Source: Octopus sinensis (lineage: Eukaryota). From it: a stretch of DNA of 64,000 nt. Where the stretch lies: the NCBI RefSeq assembly GCF_006345805.1, contig NC_043021.1:13950001-14014000 (forward strand), written 5' to 3'. This document shows positions 27,262-41,000 of this stretch, one piece after another. Under the pieces are notes generated by a model. The model worked only from the letters and a program-made list of their open reading frames with translations, was not told where the DNA came from and did not search any database. The position numbers and the translations under genes were made by a program. The stretch's first letter is position 1. Each line of letters begins with the position of its first letter.

Positions 27262-28368
27262 CAAATATATCCAATTAAACACTCAATATACATTTTACTC
27301 TCAAATAAAATTTGAAATTTTCAAAAACTGACAATATTTGAGCTTTAAATAAGGAATCAAAACTGATTTGAAAAGTACGGTAAAATAAAATATAAATAAA
27401 TAAAATTCCAATAATAATATAAAAAGAATCATTGAAATCAATAAAATTTCCTTTTTCTTTTTACAATTTTTTTCTACATTTTTCAGACACCATCACTACT
27501 ACAATCACCCCTAGTAGAATTAATATACTATAACAAACACCAGTACTACAACCATCACTGCTACAGATGCAACTGTGGCTAACATCCTCACTTTTTTTGC
27601 TCCTCCCCCACAGATACTCACACCACCGCTATCATTCTCACTATAAACACCACTACCCTACTCCCACAACTAGCACCTCTAGTATATCATTATTTACAAT
27701 CATTATTATTTCCCCACCTCCTATACCTCCCTAGTTTTCAGGCAGAAATATAAAGAAATAAGAATATGTATAGGAATATCTCACTATACATACAACACAC
27801 ACTCACACATAAGTAATGAAGCGGAAAATATAAGTAAGTTGAATAACTCATTTTCATAGAATTTATATCCACCAGAATTTAAATCATAAATGAAGTACTG
27901 CTACTATAGTCAACTAAATTGGCAGGTTATTATTTATGATTTGAATCCTGGTTTTTAAAAAATTGCTGATTTTTGGCACCATGAAACCTTAGGTTCTAGA
28001 AATTTGACAGAAAATTGCTTTTACAAATAATACATATATATACATACAGACATGCAATATATATAAAACACTTTTCAGATCTTAAAATAGGAAAGTCATC
28101 ATCAAAATCATGATCACCATTATGATCATCATAAAAATAAACAATAAGCCTAAAATGGTAATTGATTGGCAATAATAATCTCAATGAAAATAACAATTAT
28201 TATCATTATTACTATTAATTATCACAAGGGCAGCAGTTGGTAGAAGCTGGAGAGTTGCTGGACTCAGTGTGCTATGAAGCATACTTATCTCCCTTTATGG
28301 CTTGACTTCACTAGTTTAGTTAGTGCTAACACACTTAACACAGTGAGCAACACAATCTTAATTATAGG

Positions 28369-28583
28369 CAAGGTGGTGAGCTGGCAGACTCGTTAGCATG
28401 CTGGATGAAATGCTTAGTGGTATTTCTTCTGTATGTTCTGAGTTCAAATTCCACTCAGGTCAACTTTGCCTTTCATCCTTTCGGGGTCAATAAATTAAGT
28501 ACCAGTTGTGTACTGAGGTCGATCTCTAATTGACTGGCCCTACCTCCCCCAAAATTTCGGGTCTTGTGCCTAAAGTTGAAAAG
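28369..28583 (+). mobile_element. Solo major SINE with a perfect 15-bp target-site duplication
   Basis: AATCTTAATTATAGG at 28354-28368 and 28584-28598. Confidence 0.9.
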
Positions 28584-28924
28584 AATCTTAATTATAGGTA
28601 TGTCTTTTCGATGACAAATTTCTTTTTAAAAATTAAATTTTAAAATGTTTCTCAGCATATCTTTGAAGTGGATTTTATTTTAAATAAGCTAAATTAAAAC
28701 TTAACTCATGTACAATTTTACACCTTCACTTGGTGATTCTCTCTCCTCACTATTTTGGAAATTTAAGTCTGATGAAGTTGAAACATGCTCTTAGTTGTTT
28801 TCCATACTAGTTGAAATGATCAATATTAATTTTTATTAATATTCTTAAATGATCAATATTAGATATTGAGAAAACTAATGTTTTAGTCACCAAATAAGGA
28901 TTTTTAATAATCCTATTGTTAAGT

Positions 28925-29230
28925 GAAGTCATGTAGCCTAGTGGTTAAAGATGCTACACTCACAATTGCTAGATTGCCTTTTCAATCCCTGGACCGGGCA
29001 GAGCATTGTGTTCTTGAGCCAGACATTTCATTTCATGTTGCTCTGTGGTCATCTCAATATCTGATGTAAGGCACACTTGTGCACCTGTACAGGATATGTC
29101 GATTTGACATGGGGAGTGAGCTAATGTACTGCATATGCAATTGATCACTATGAACGAATCATTTGTGCAAGCTGTTCAGCAAAAACCTGGACACTCATAT
29201 GTCACTTTTGACAGGAGATTCCATCATTGA
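28925..29230 (+). mobile_element. Second tRNA-derived SINE family copy
   Basis: GTAGCCTAGTGGTTAAAG...TTCAATCCCTGG head and GTGTTCTTGAGCCAGACATTTCATTTC body. A related copy lies at about 45068-45340. Confidence 0.6.
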
Positions 29231-30286
29231 CACACACAGCATTTATATATGTTAACACTAACTCATCTATCAGCTAGCAGTATTTTGTATGTCCCAGGTC
29301 AGACCTCAGACATGGGGAAAGCAACACAAGGGTTGAATAGCAATCCTTGCCCACAGAAGCAAGCTGTATTTGCTCCTCCACCAATGGTACTCATTAAAAT
29401 GCTATAATCATGGTCATTTCTCCACTAGGTGGTAATTCTAAACAACTTGCTTGCCAATTGTGATAATTCCATTTTCAAACTTATAATAAATTATATGTCG
29501 AAACATAAGTGAATGGTAACTGGTTTATAAACCAACTAATTACAACTAAATTAATGATGATCAAGCAATTTTTTAAAACTAATGATCTCATCTCTTTCAC
29601 ATAAGCACATGAATGCCCACACATGCACACACACATGTACATATGTATAAAAACTTATACTTTTCTCTCTTTTTACATATATATATTTCTACACACGTGT
29701 ATGTGTTTATGAGTGTGTGTGTATTAATCTGTCTATCTATCAATCTATATATATACATATATATGTACGTATATGTATGTATGTATGTGTGTGTATATAT
29801 ATATATATGTATGTATGCATATATCCATATATATATATATAAATGTGAGTGTATATATGCGTGTATGTATACACATACATATATATACATCTATACCTAT
29901 ATATAGATACAACAGGCACATAATTGTGCATGCATGAGAGCACGCACGTGTGCGTGTGTACTTGTGCATATAAGTGTGTGTGTACAAGTAATTGTGTGCA
30001 CTTGTGCATGAGTGTGAGTGTGTGTGTGCACATGTACGTGTGTGTCTTAACATCAGGTTCACATACTGATTCAACAAACAAGCACCTATCCATCTCTTCA
30101 ATTTAACACAGTTTATTTTAATATTCACTTTCCAAATTCTGTCAGTCTTAAAATTTATAGCGATGTAACACATTAGTGTATTATTAGCATTTAGCCCTTG
30201 TCATGCAATGTGTAACTTTCAACATGTGTATATACACACCTAAGCATACATACAAATACGCACACAAACACACACAAATATATATA

Positions 30287-30330
<44 letters not shown>

Positions 30331-30357
30331 TATATATATATTATATATACATTTACA

Positions 30358-30401
<44 letters not shown>

Positions 30402-30648
30402 TATACGTATATACATTTACATATATATATATATGCATATACATTTACATATATAGATATATATATGCATATACATATATAGATATATATATGCATATAC
30501 ATATATAGATATATCTATGCATATACATTTACATATATATATATATATATACGCATATACATTTACATATATATACGTATATACATTTATATATATATAC
30601 ACAAACACAAACATATATAGGTATATACACACACATATACATATATAA

Positions 30649-30680
<32 letters not shown>

Positions 30681-30684
<4 letters not shown>

Positions 30685-30915
30685 ATATATATGTGTGTGT
30701 ATGCATATATAAACATATGTATATGTATACATATATATATATACACACACACACACACATATATAAGTTTATATATATAAAAATACACACAGACATGTAT
30801 CCATATATATGTGTGTGTATGCATATATAAACATATGTATATGTATACATATATATATATACACACACACACACATATATAAGTTTATATATATAAAAAT
30901 ACACACAGACATGTA
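30681..30915. repeat. Near-perfect 118-bp tandem duplication within microsatellite-rich DNA
   Basis: ATCCATATATATGTGTGTG...TAAGTTTATATATATAAAAATACACACAGACATGT starts at 30681 and again at 30799. Confidence 0.85.
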
Positions 30916-31117
30916 TTACATTTGTATTCATACAGCTAGTACTAAATAAAATATTAAAAAACACAAAAGGTAGCAAATTTACATATAAAACCCCCAAGAA
31001 ATACATTTTACTAACTTTTTTTCTGCTTTTTTCAATATCTTCAAATAAATATTTAAAAATTCAAAAAAATATATATAAAATTGAAAAAATATCCTATTTC
31101 ATCCCCTCATTGCAATC

Positions 31118-31173
<56 letters not shown>

Positions 31174-31242
31174 ATGTATGTATATGCATATATATATATA
31201 TTATATTATATAATATATATATGTATATATGTATGTATATGC

Positions 31243-31285
<43 letters not shown>

Positions 31286-31922
31286 ATGCATATATATATA
31301 TATATGTATGTATATGCATATATATATATATATATATATATATGTACTTATGTATAGATACATATGTATGTCTGTATGTATATATATAAATATATATATA
31401 TATATATGTCCCTCATTAAGCAAGTCATTTTCTTTATTTTGCTTTGAAACTGTAGTCAAGTGTGCAACTCCCACGAAATTGAAGATAAAATAAAAATGAA
31501 ATAAAATCAGATTTAAATTAAAATAAATTAATATTTCTTCTTTCTTCTTGTTATTTCATTTTCTTCCACATTTTGGGGGAGGGTGGGTATGCTGTTTTGG
31601 GGATTTTTTCTTCTTTTTTTTCATATTTTACAGAGAAGTGATTGAGAGAGAAAATAATAAAAATATAAATATGGGGGAAAAATTAAAAAAACACACAAAA
31701 AAAAATGAAGTATCAAAAATCTTATAAAACTTTTAAATAAATTTTTAAAAATTGGTAAAAATGAATAGAAAATACAAAGAATCTTTATTTGATTTTCTTT
31801 TATTATTTGTTGAATACTTTTGTCCTTCAAAAAAAAAAACCCAAAAAAAATAGATAAGAAATATATAAATACAGAAGAATAAAATATAAAAAAATACAAT
31901 TCCTATAATTTCAATGTTCATA

Positions 31923-31958
<36 letters not shown>

Positions 31959-32732
31959 CATAAGATATATATATGTATATATCTAATATATATAAATGTA
32001 TATATATAATATGCATTCATATGTGTATATATAAAATGTATAGGCATACATAACATATAAATATATATATATATATATGCATATATAATATGCATTATAT
32101 ATACATATATATATATACATACACACACACACATCCACACAGATACACACACACATATATATATACCCACCTACATATATATATATGTATGTATGTATGC
32201 ATGTGCCTATGTGCACATTTATTTATGATCAAAATTAATTAAATCATGCCACATGCTATAAAATTCTAGAGTGTTGGTTGGCAAGCTCCAATGAACCTAT
32301 GTATGCAAGGAAGCTAGCCATTTTCAATAGTTGGGTTGAAGTTGCAGATTTACTTTCCTCGATTTGGAAATCCATGTCAGATTTAAGTTCCAACTGCATT
32401 CCTTCTACCATGAACATCAACTAAATCACACCTAGGATGTCATATCCATGTCACAAACAACGTCACTCCCCCATGACTTAATGCCTCCACCACTCTGGTT
32501 ACCCCTTATATAACTGTGGCTACAATGACCAACATAACCACTAACAACACTGACACCGTCACCAACACTAACACCAAGTTCAACATTGGTAACTCTATGT
32601 TTTACAAGAAAAAGTAATAATTCTAGGATTTGTCTGTTTCAAAAAAAAAAAAAAGAAAATTTAATTTTCAAGCAAATTTCAAATTTTCCCTATTAATACA
32701 ACCATCACCAAACACATCACCACCCCAAATTA

Positions 32733-32785
<53 letters not shown>

Positions 32786-33079
32786 TATATATATATGTAT
32801 GTATATATACATACATACATATGTATAATTAACTTTTTCCTCTCAAATATGCAAATAAATGGAAAAATTAACAACAAAAAACTGAAAACAGAACAAGCAA
32901 GTAAACAAACAACAATATGAAAACAATAACATTATTTAAAAAAACAATAATAATAATGATATTCAGAAAGGAGTAATTATGAGTGAATTGACGAAGGAGA
33001 TATGGAAAAAAGAAAAAAAATGAATAAAACTTAAAAATCTAAAGTAAATTCAAAACAAAAAGAGTGTTGAATAACTAAG

Positions 33080-33116
<37 letters not shown>

Positions 33117-33224
33117 CATTGAATGGAAGTGAGTGTGAAGAGAAAAATTCTACTTAACAATATTGACTGCATGCTGTAAATACTTCTCTGAATAGACAAG
33201 TTTCCATTCTTTGAAAACTCCAAA

Positions 33225-33262
<38 letters not shown>

Positions 33263-33527
33263 TATTATTATTATTACTATTATTATTATCATTATTATTA
33301 TAAATGTTTGTGATGATTTATTAAAGATAATAAAATTCTTATTTAACATTTTTTTTCATCCCTGATGTAAAAACATTGATTATATATATTTATGCATACA
33401 TACATACATGCATACACACGTAAGTTTCTATGTGTGTAAATATATATATATATATGTATGTATGTATGAATGTGTAGGTGCATTTATGCAAGTATGTATA
33501 TATATAAATCTCTGTATGTGTGTGTGC

Positions 33528-33580
<53 letters not shown>

Positions 33581-35220
33581 ATTATTAATATGTATATATA
33601 TTATCAAGTATATGCAATATATGTTTATATTTGTTTCTTTATACATATCCTGGTGTATAAGAATTTTGTATAAATGCAAGAATGTTTATGCATTTACACA
33701 AGATATATATACATACGTTTTTGTGTGTGTGTGCATGAGCATGTATATGTATATACCTGTGTGTGTATGTAACTTTATTTGTGTACATACTGTACACACA
33801 CATATATATGTATGTATATATATTATATATATATATGAATGTACATATACACACACATATACATATATTTATGTAGGTGTATTTATATGCATCTTAAATT
33901 ATTTAAAATTCTCTTTAAAAGATACTATCGTATTTATCTCGTGTCATACATGCATATGTATATATGTATGTGTATTACCTTTGTATATACATGCACACAG
34001 CAACAACTATGAATACACATACACACACACACCAATATACATACATATTTATATGTACACACACATATATATTTATAGATTATATATATATATATATATA
34101 CACACAGGTGCATGTGTGTGTGTGTGTGTGCAAATATATGTATCTGTGTGTGCACATGTTTGGTGTGTGTATGTATGCATATATACATATTCATGCACAC
34201 ATACATTGTATACAAGTGCATTTTTTTGCAGTGTGTGTGTGTGTATATATATATAGATGTATATTATGCATACATATATACATACATGTTGTTTTCTTTT
34301 ACAGTTTTTATAAATACTTTATTCCAGTCCAAAAACTGTTTTATTTTTAATCTTGAAATTCCAGTGTGAGGAAATAACAAGAAGCAATTCAAATTCTCAC
34401 CTGGATATATATCACCCATGTTTGTTAAAGGACAAAAAAAAAAACCTCCAAAAATAAAAAAAAAGAAACAAAAACAATGTATACAGTGGTTTGTAAATGT
34501 GTTCAATTAATTAAATTGTAACTTTAATTCATGATTATTATGAAAGTAATAATTAATAAAAAACAAAAAAACAAAAAAAAAAAACACAGTTATCCGGTTT
34601 TAGATTTATTATTATTTTTTTTTTTCATTTCGGTTTTGATAAACGAAAACAAAATTATTGCAATGCTGTGAAGTAAATAGAAAAAAAAAATGTATTTGAA
34701 GATATGTCTTGTATGGACATAGCTAAAACTGTTTTGTTTTAAACCAGCTTTATTTTTTAAAGAATCTTTCTTATATATTTTATGGTGTGAGTGTATGCAT
34801 ATGTGTGTGTGCATAAATATAATTATATGTATATATAAATATATATATACACATATATTGCATATATATGTATATATATATATATATAGACACATATATA
34901 GCATATAATATACATATATATACACATACATATATGTATACACACACACATATGTACACACAACATACATAGACACACACTTATGCACTGATCTATGCAT
35001 AATTTTACATACATGCATAGACTTGTGTGTGTGTGTATGTATACATATATAAATACACACACCCTTACGCACTGATCTATGCATAATTTTATATATATGC
35101 GCATATTTGTGTATACACATATGTATGTATATATATATAAATATATATATATACAAACATCATGAATCCAACCCATGCCAGCATGGAAACAGACAGATGA
35201 CGATAATTATGTGTGTGTGT

Positions 35221-35276
<56 letters not shown>

Positions 35277-36501
35277 TACATGTATATATCTATGCATAAA
35301 TGAATTAATGCATGTATAAGTATATATGAAAATATACATGCCTGAGGTGAAATACAAGTATGATGTATGCATGTGTATGTGAAGAGAGTTTCTTTCAGCA
35401 CTTTTGTATGTTTTTTCTATATGCATATAGAAAGCTGCCACTAAACACTTAACATGTATATACACTATATGCACGTGTATGTATACAAGTGTGTATGCAA
35501 TTATGTATGGCTATATACATACAATGTGGATGTATATATGTTACATGTATATATGTCATATATATGATATTATGTGAATATGTAATAGACACGCACATAA
35601 CTTTATATGCACATCATACAGCCACACACATTCACATACATACATACATATGTATATATATATGCGCGTGTGTGTGTGTATATATATATATGTGTGTGCA
35701 TATAGCGTAAAGTAATGGTTGTGAAGTATATTAAAATATATTTTACATAATCCAAACATTATGATATAGAATTCAACACCTTTGATAGAGTGGATATATA
35801 TGTGTGTGTATATATATATATATATACACACAACATACATTTTACATCTTTCTATCTGTCAATACACACACATACATACACACATAAAGATGTATATACA
35901 TACATTGCCATACATTCATTGTATTTCATATCTCAAAAAAAAAAAAAAGGTTGTGTTAATAAAGAAATCTGTAGCTATAGATTTAGACTAATTACATTAC
36001 TTTATTGATTATTGCTAACGCATTTCCATTTCATATTTCCGAATAAACAAATAAATACGAAATTTCCTGGAAAACAGCTCACTTTCTTTCATCTTACCAT
36101 TTTTTTGTATTGGCATCTCTTCAAGGTGATATTGAATTAACTTTCAATTAATTTGTTCAATTTAACTTTAAACCATTCATTAATCGTCTTTTAATAGAAA
36201 AGGAACAGAGCTAAACTTATGTCTAAATAAAGATAGAAATGTTTATGTATATATTTTAGGGAAAGCGAGGAGGGTATATAGTTTGAATTACAAGACACGT
36301 TACCTACTGCATGGATGAATCGGTGAATTGAAATATTAATTATGTAAAGATGACTGTGTATATCTGAATAGGTGCATATATATGTGTGCATGCATATATA
36401 TATGTTATATATAAGTACATATGTGTATATACATATATGTACTTATATATATATATATATATACACACTTATGTTATATATATGTACATGTGCATATATA
36501 A

Positions 36502-36845
36502 AAGGTGCCACTGTGTGGCACCTTGGGCAAGTATCTTCTACTATAGCCTCAGGCTGACCAAAGCATTGTGAGTGGATTTGGTAGATGGAAACTGAAAGAA
36601 GCCTGTCGTATATATGTATATATGTGTGTGTGTATGCTTGTGTGCCTGTGTTTGTCCCCCCCCCAGCGTCGCTTGACAACCGATGCTGGTGTGTTTACAT
36701 CCCCCGTAACTTAGCGGTTCGGCAAAAGAGACCGACAGAATAAGTACTAGGCTTACAAAACATAAGTCCTGGGGTCAATTTGCTCGACTAAAAGGCGGTG
36801 CTCCAGCATGGCCACAGTAAGATGACTGAAACAAGTAAAAGAGTA
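36502..36845 (+). mobile_element. 5'-truncated copy of a long tRNA-type SINE with a snap-back hairpin at its 5' end
   Basis: Body GGCACCTTGGGCAAG...GGATTTGGTAGATGGAAACTGAAAGAAGCC...GCTCCAGCATGGCC...GACTGAAACAAGTAAAAGAG. Same family as the minus-strand copies at 54620-54960 and 55630-56040. Confidence 0.85.
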
Positions 36846-36859
36846 AAATATATGTACTC

Positions 36860-36940
<81 letters not shown>

Positions 36941-37699
36941 ATATATATATACATAAATATGTGAGTGCACGCATGCACACACACACACACATATATATAT
37001 GTATATGTATATATATGTATGTATGTATGTAAAGGTGTTTAGAGCAAGGTAATCATTTTGTGACGCATACATTCTGTAGTAGCAGTAGTTTAGTTGTAGT
37101 AGAGTAGCTGTAATTGTAGTAACAATATTAATGATATTGATAATGCTAATAATTTCTTAGCTACGTAATGGAAATGAAAAACGACATCAACAGCAACAAC
37201 AATAATAATAACAATAAGGCACCAATGTGTTCAATATTTCACTAACAAGTTCACTGGAATTAGTGAGGAGCAAGAGGATGCAGACTGGGTGAGATTATGA
37301 AGAGGCAAAGTGGAGAGTCTGCAAACCAGATTTGGACTAAACTTAGAGAAGCAATAATTATCTGCAGAACTGCTACCATCAACCCCTTTCTGCAATGTCT
37401 ATCACTAACAAGAATTGATGTTTGAAATTACTGGCTAGAAATAATAGCAGATTCTGTCTTCAAGATAACCACACCTCCACAAAGAGAAGGACACTATAGG
37501 ATATACTATAGACCTTATAGACACTTATAGGGAAAAAGATAAAGATAATATAGTCATTGCTTGAATGCCTTTGATCATAGTTATGTTAATCAAGTCAGGG
37601 TTGACCTAGGGTTAAACAACAACAACAGCATTAAGAATTACAAGAACTATTACAATAGTAATGATGTATTTAGAGAAGACAAGACCACTGAATGAATGG

Positions 37700-37990
37700 A
37701 AGGAAGGAGAGAACAACATGGAAATCAGAATCAAAGTTGGGAGTTACATAGCATAGGAGATACCAAGAGTAAAAAAAATAGAAACTGCATAAAATAATAA
37801 TAATAATGTGCTGATTATTGTTTGGGCCTTGGGGACAGTATCAGTAGGTGCCGAGAGGAATATAAAAGAAATGGAAATAGGGTGCCCAGAGGAGCTGTTG
37901 CATAAATTTTGCCTCCATAGCACAGTCAGAGTCATTTGGAAAGTATTAGACAGTTGAGGAGAACAATTAGCATGGTACTGTAAGTGGCAG
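37700..37990 (+). mobile_element. R4/Dong-clade non-LTR 3' fragment (RLE domain tail)
   Basis: VLIIVWALGTVSVGAERNIKEMEIGCPEELLHKFCLHSTVRVIWKVLDS* matches the V-P-I-x-V-G-A-L-G...LQKxxLLGTAxIxRKVL pattern. (AAT)n is adjacent. Confidence 0.6.
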
Positions 37991-38100
37991 GTAGCAAGAT
38001 TCCAGAATCTGAGTTGTTATGATGATGATGATAATAATAATAATAATAATAATAACAACAACAATAATAATAATAATGATGATGATAATGATAACAACAA

Positions 38101-38310
38101 AATACAAGTATCTTGAAATTGAAATATTCAAGTTGTTGAGTATGAGGGTGAAAACAGTATCATTAGTAATTGGAGCATTTGGTATGATTAAAAAAATATG
38201 AAAAGAAACATAAAAGCCATACCAGGGCTCACATCAGTATACATTGACCCCAAGATAGCTCTGCTAGAAACAGCCCGAATCTTTTGGAAAACACTACTGA
38301 TTCAATAGAA
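38101..38310 (+). mobile_element. Second R4/Dong-clade 3' fragment following an (AAT/GAT)n tract
   Basis: KYKYLEIEIFKLLSMRVKTVSLVIGAFGMIKK...IPG...IALLETARIFWKTL. Confidence 0.7.
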
Positions 38311-38659
38311 TAGCTCAAACAGAAGAATCTTCATACACAACTCACATCCTATGAAATAAGCATTTAATAATCTAAAAAAAATATAGCTTATGCAACATAT
38401 ACTATACAAGATTAAGGCCCAATAAAACACAATGCACATTATGCATACCATACACAACATAACAAAGCACTCATGAAAGAAGAAACAAAATCCCATAATA
38501 AAACAAACTGACACAGTATACTAACAGGAGGAGTTTGCACTCCCCCAATCCCTACATAAATAAGAACTCAACGCTGTATGTACCTCAAGAACATGGAGGT
38601 GCACCAGGTGGTGCAGTAGAAATTTGCATGAAATTACTAATGAAACAACAATAAGAATA

Positions 38660-38800
38660 ATATTCCAGCTTTTGGCACAAAGCCAAAACTTTATTCTATC
38701 AACCCCAAAAGGATAAATAGCAAAGTTCACCTTGGCAATAGCTGAACTCAGTACGAATGCCACAAAGCATTTTGTCTGACATGCTTAATGATTTTGCCAA
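38660..38800 (-). mobile_element. Major SINE, decayed minus-strand copy
   Basis: GCTGAACTCAG, GCATTTTGTCTGACATGCT and GATTTTGCCAA are reverse-complement SINE words. Confidence 0.65.
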
Positions 38801-39194
38801 TACTAATAACACTACTAAGAATAATGGTAAAGATTCCTTTTACATACCGGAGGGATGACAGATTATTTTAGATATAAGATTTACATAAACTAGGATGAGA
38901 CAAAATTAAAATACTTTTATGCAAACTCACAGATGGTACAGTCCTTGTAATACTAGCAGATCTCTAGTTTGGGCCAATCAGAGAACTCCACAGATCCAAG
39001 ATCACCTGGACCTCCCCCCCCCCCCGTGGCAATGCAAATGTCCTCTATCGAATGCTATTCCCCAGCCTACAGATATATGCTTAAAACAGTTTTAGCTCCT
39101 CTCACTATTTTTGTCATAGCCAATTGCGTTTTGGCAAATTCACTGGAGAAAACTAATAGTAATAATAATGATAATAATAATAATAATAATATTA

Positions 39195-39330
39195 ATGGTT
39201 TCAAATTTTGGCAGATCAGCAATTTTAGGGGAAGAGGCAGGTTGATTACATAGACCCCGGCACTTGGTTGGTCTCTATTTCATTAACCCTGAAAGGATGA
39301 AAGGCGCATAGTCAACTTTGTTCAGAATCC
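39195..39330 (-). mobile_element. Major SINE, 3' half, minus strand
   Basis: ATGGTTTCAAATTTTGGCA...CCCTGAAAGGATGAAAGGC. Confidence 0.7.
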
Positions 39331-39529
39331 TGTCGACAAACAATTTGTTCACTTTGTATGGTCACAGCCATGTCGAATAAAAGATCCTTTACTTGAAATA
39401 TAGATAAGGGTCAGATTCAGGAAGAGCATCTGGATGTAAACAATGCCACATTAGTATATTCATGGTAGTATAGAAAAATGGATGTAAAATAAAAGGGTGA
39501 AAAAATATATATGTATACACACGCATATA

Positions 39530-39591
<62 letters not shown>

Positions 39592-40767
39592 TATACAAGT
39601 GGTCAAACAAATAAAAGAAAGTATTACCCTATTCATACTGTTACAGCTGTAATTATTTAATGACAGGTTGACCCAGTTCCACAATACTTAAGTTTTGTAG
39701 ATGCAGAATGCACCCACATCCTCAGATGCACTGAACCAGAATAAGGAGACTATTTTGAAAATTTTTAAATAGCTTCTAACTGAGAATATTTGAGTTTGCA
39801 TTAGTTGGCTCAGGTCATGTTGATACTTTGGTTAAGCGATGACATCATTTCATCCCATAATATGCTCCATGTGGCAGAAGCAGATAGTATATAGGTGTCA
39901 AGTGACAGTATTGATAAGTTTAGAAATATTGTAAAGAATAAATAAATAATATAAAATATAAGTATATATAAACTAGTTTCTTGATGATGTCTACTTTGCA
40001 CATGACCACTGTTTCTGCATAGCCACTTGATACACTAAAAATAACAACCAAATCTTCCTCAAATCATACCCTGTTGTTTTTTAAAAAGGAAGCATACATG
40101 AGCTAAGATCTGCTGTCTGAAAAAAAAAAGATTGGTTTGTCATGGCTAGAAGGCCTTTGTTCATAGACATCCCGGATCTACACTAATGGGTGAAGTGTTG
40201 GTTAAACAATGATCACAAGGGTTGGTGTGCCATATAGCCCATGGTGGAACCTTTTTGATTTCTAAGGATAACCAGTATTAGGAATATCTTTGAATCTAAG
40301 ATAATAACTGAAGAGAATTTTTTGGATTTTGTTGTATCTTGGGAAGGTCATTATGCCAGTAATATATATAAAAAAAAACAAGCACTGGTTCTATTTTACT
40401 TCTTTGTTTTTATTAGTAAATTGGCTACCATTTAACAAATTAACTAATCAATTGTCTGATTAACCATTCAACTAATCTATCAGTCAGTTATGTTTATCAA
40501 AGTCCTTTCATTGCCATTTTTTACCTCTAGAGGTATTCTGTGAAAAACAAATCAAAGCAAAGAAGTATTGATTTCAGTACGAGCTGCATTTGACACTAGT
40601 GTCAAAAGTTAAGTGCTAAGCATTGTTAAACTTATCAAGATGAAAGGAATTCACATATTTCAAATGAAAAAACTTTCTACCTACATGTTTAAATTAATTT
40701 TCAAATTAATCAAAACACTTGTGGAAATTTAGTAGAAATAATTAACATTATTTGATAGAACAATTAA

Positions 40768-41000
40768 CCCTTGGCCAGTCCTGTGTATCACATGTGATAC
40801 ACAAAACATATTTCCCTGCCTTCCATGTATCATATGTGATACACATTCCCAATTTTCTTCAACCACAAGAGTAACTTGGAACTAATGAAAGGGAAGCTTT
40901 ATATTAGTCATAACATATGAAACAATGGATAAGTGAAAGTCTGAAAACAAGCAAGGATGTTTAGGACAAACATAAGGAAAAGCTTTGGACAGGCAAAGGG
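40768..41000. mobile_element. piggyBac-like MITE with TTAA TSD and palindromic subterminal motifs
   Basis: TTAA|CCCTTGGCCAGTCC ... GGACAGGCAAAGGG|TTAA (12/14 TIR match). Perfect 22-bp palindrome TGTGTATCACATGTGATACACA at 40782-40803. Confidence 0.85.

Noticed and set aside
28745-28775. CTGATGAAGTTGAAACATG as a minimal Penelope-type hammerhead
   Set aside because: The core words are present, but no stem I pairing or valid cleavage triplet could be built.
32260-32411. Minus-strand ORF of about 50 codons (MVEGMQLELKSDMDFQIEES...)
   Set aside because: Short, no homology recognised, and no splice context.
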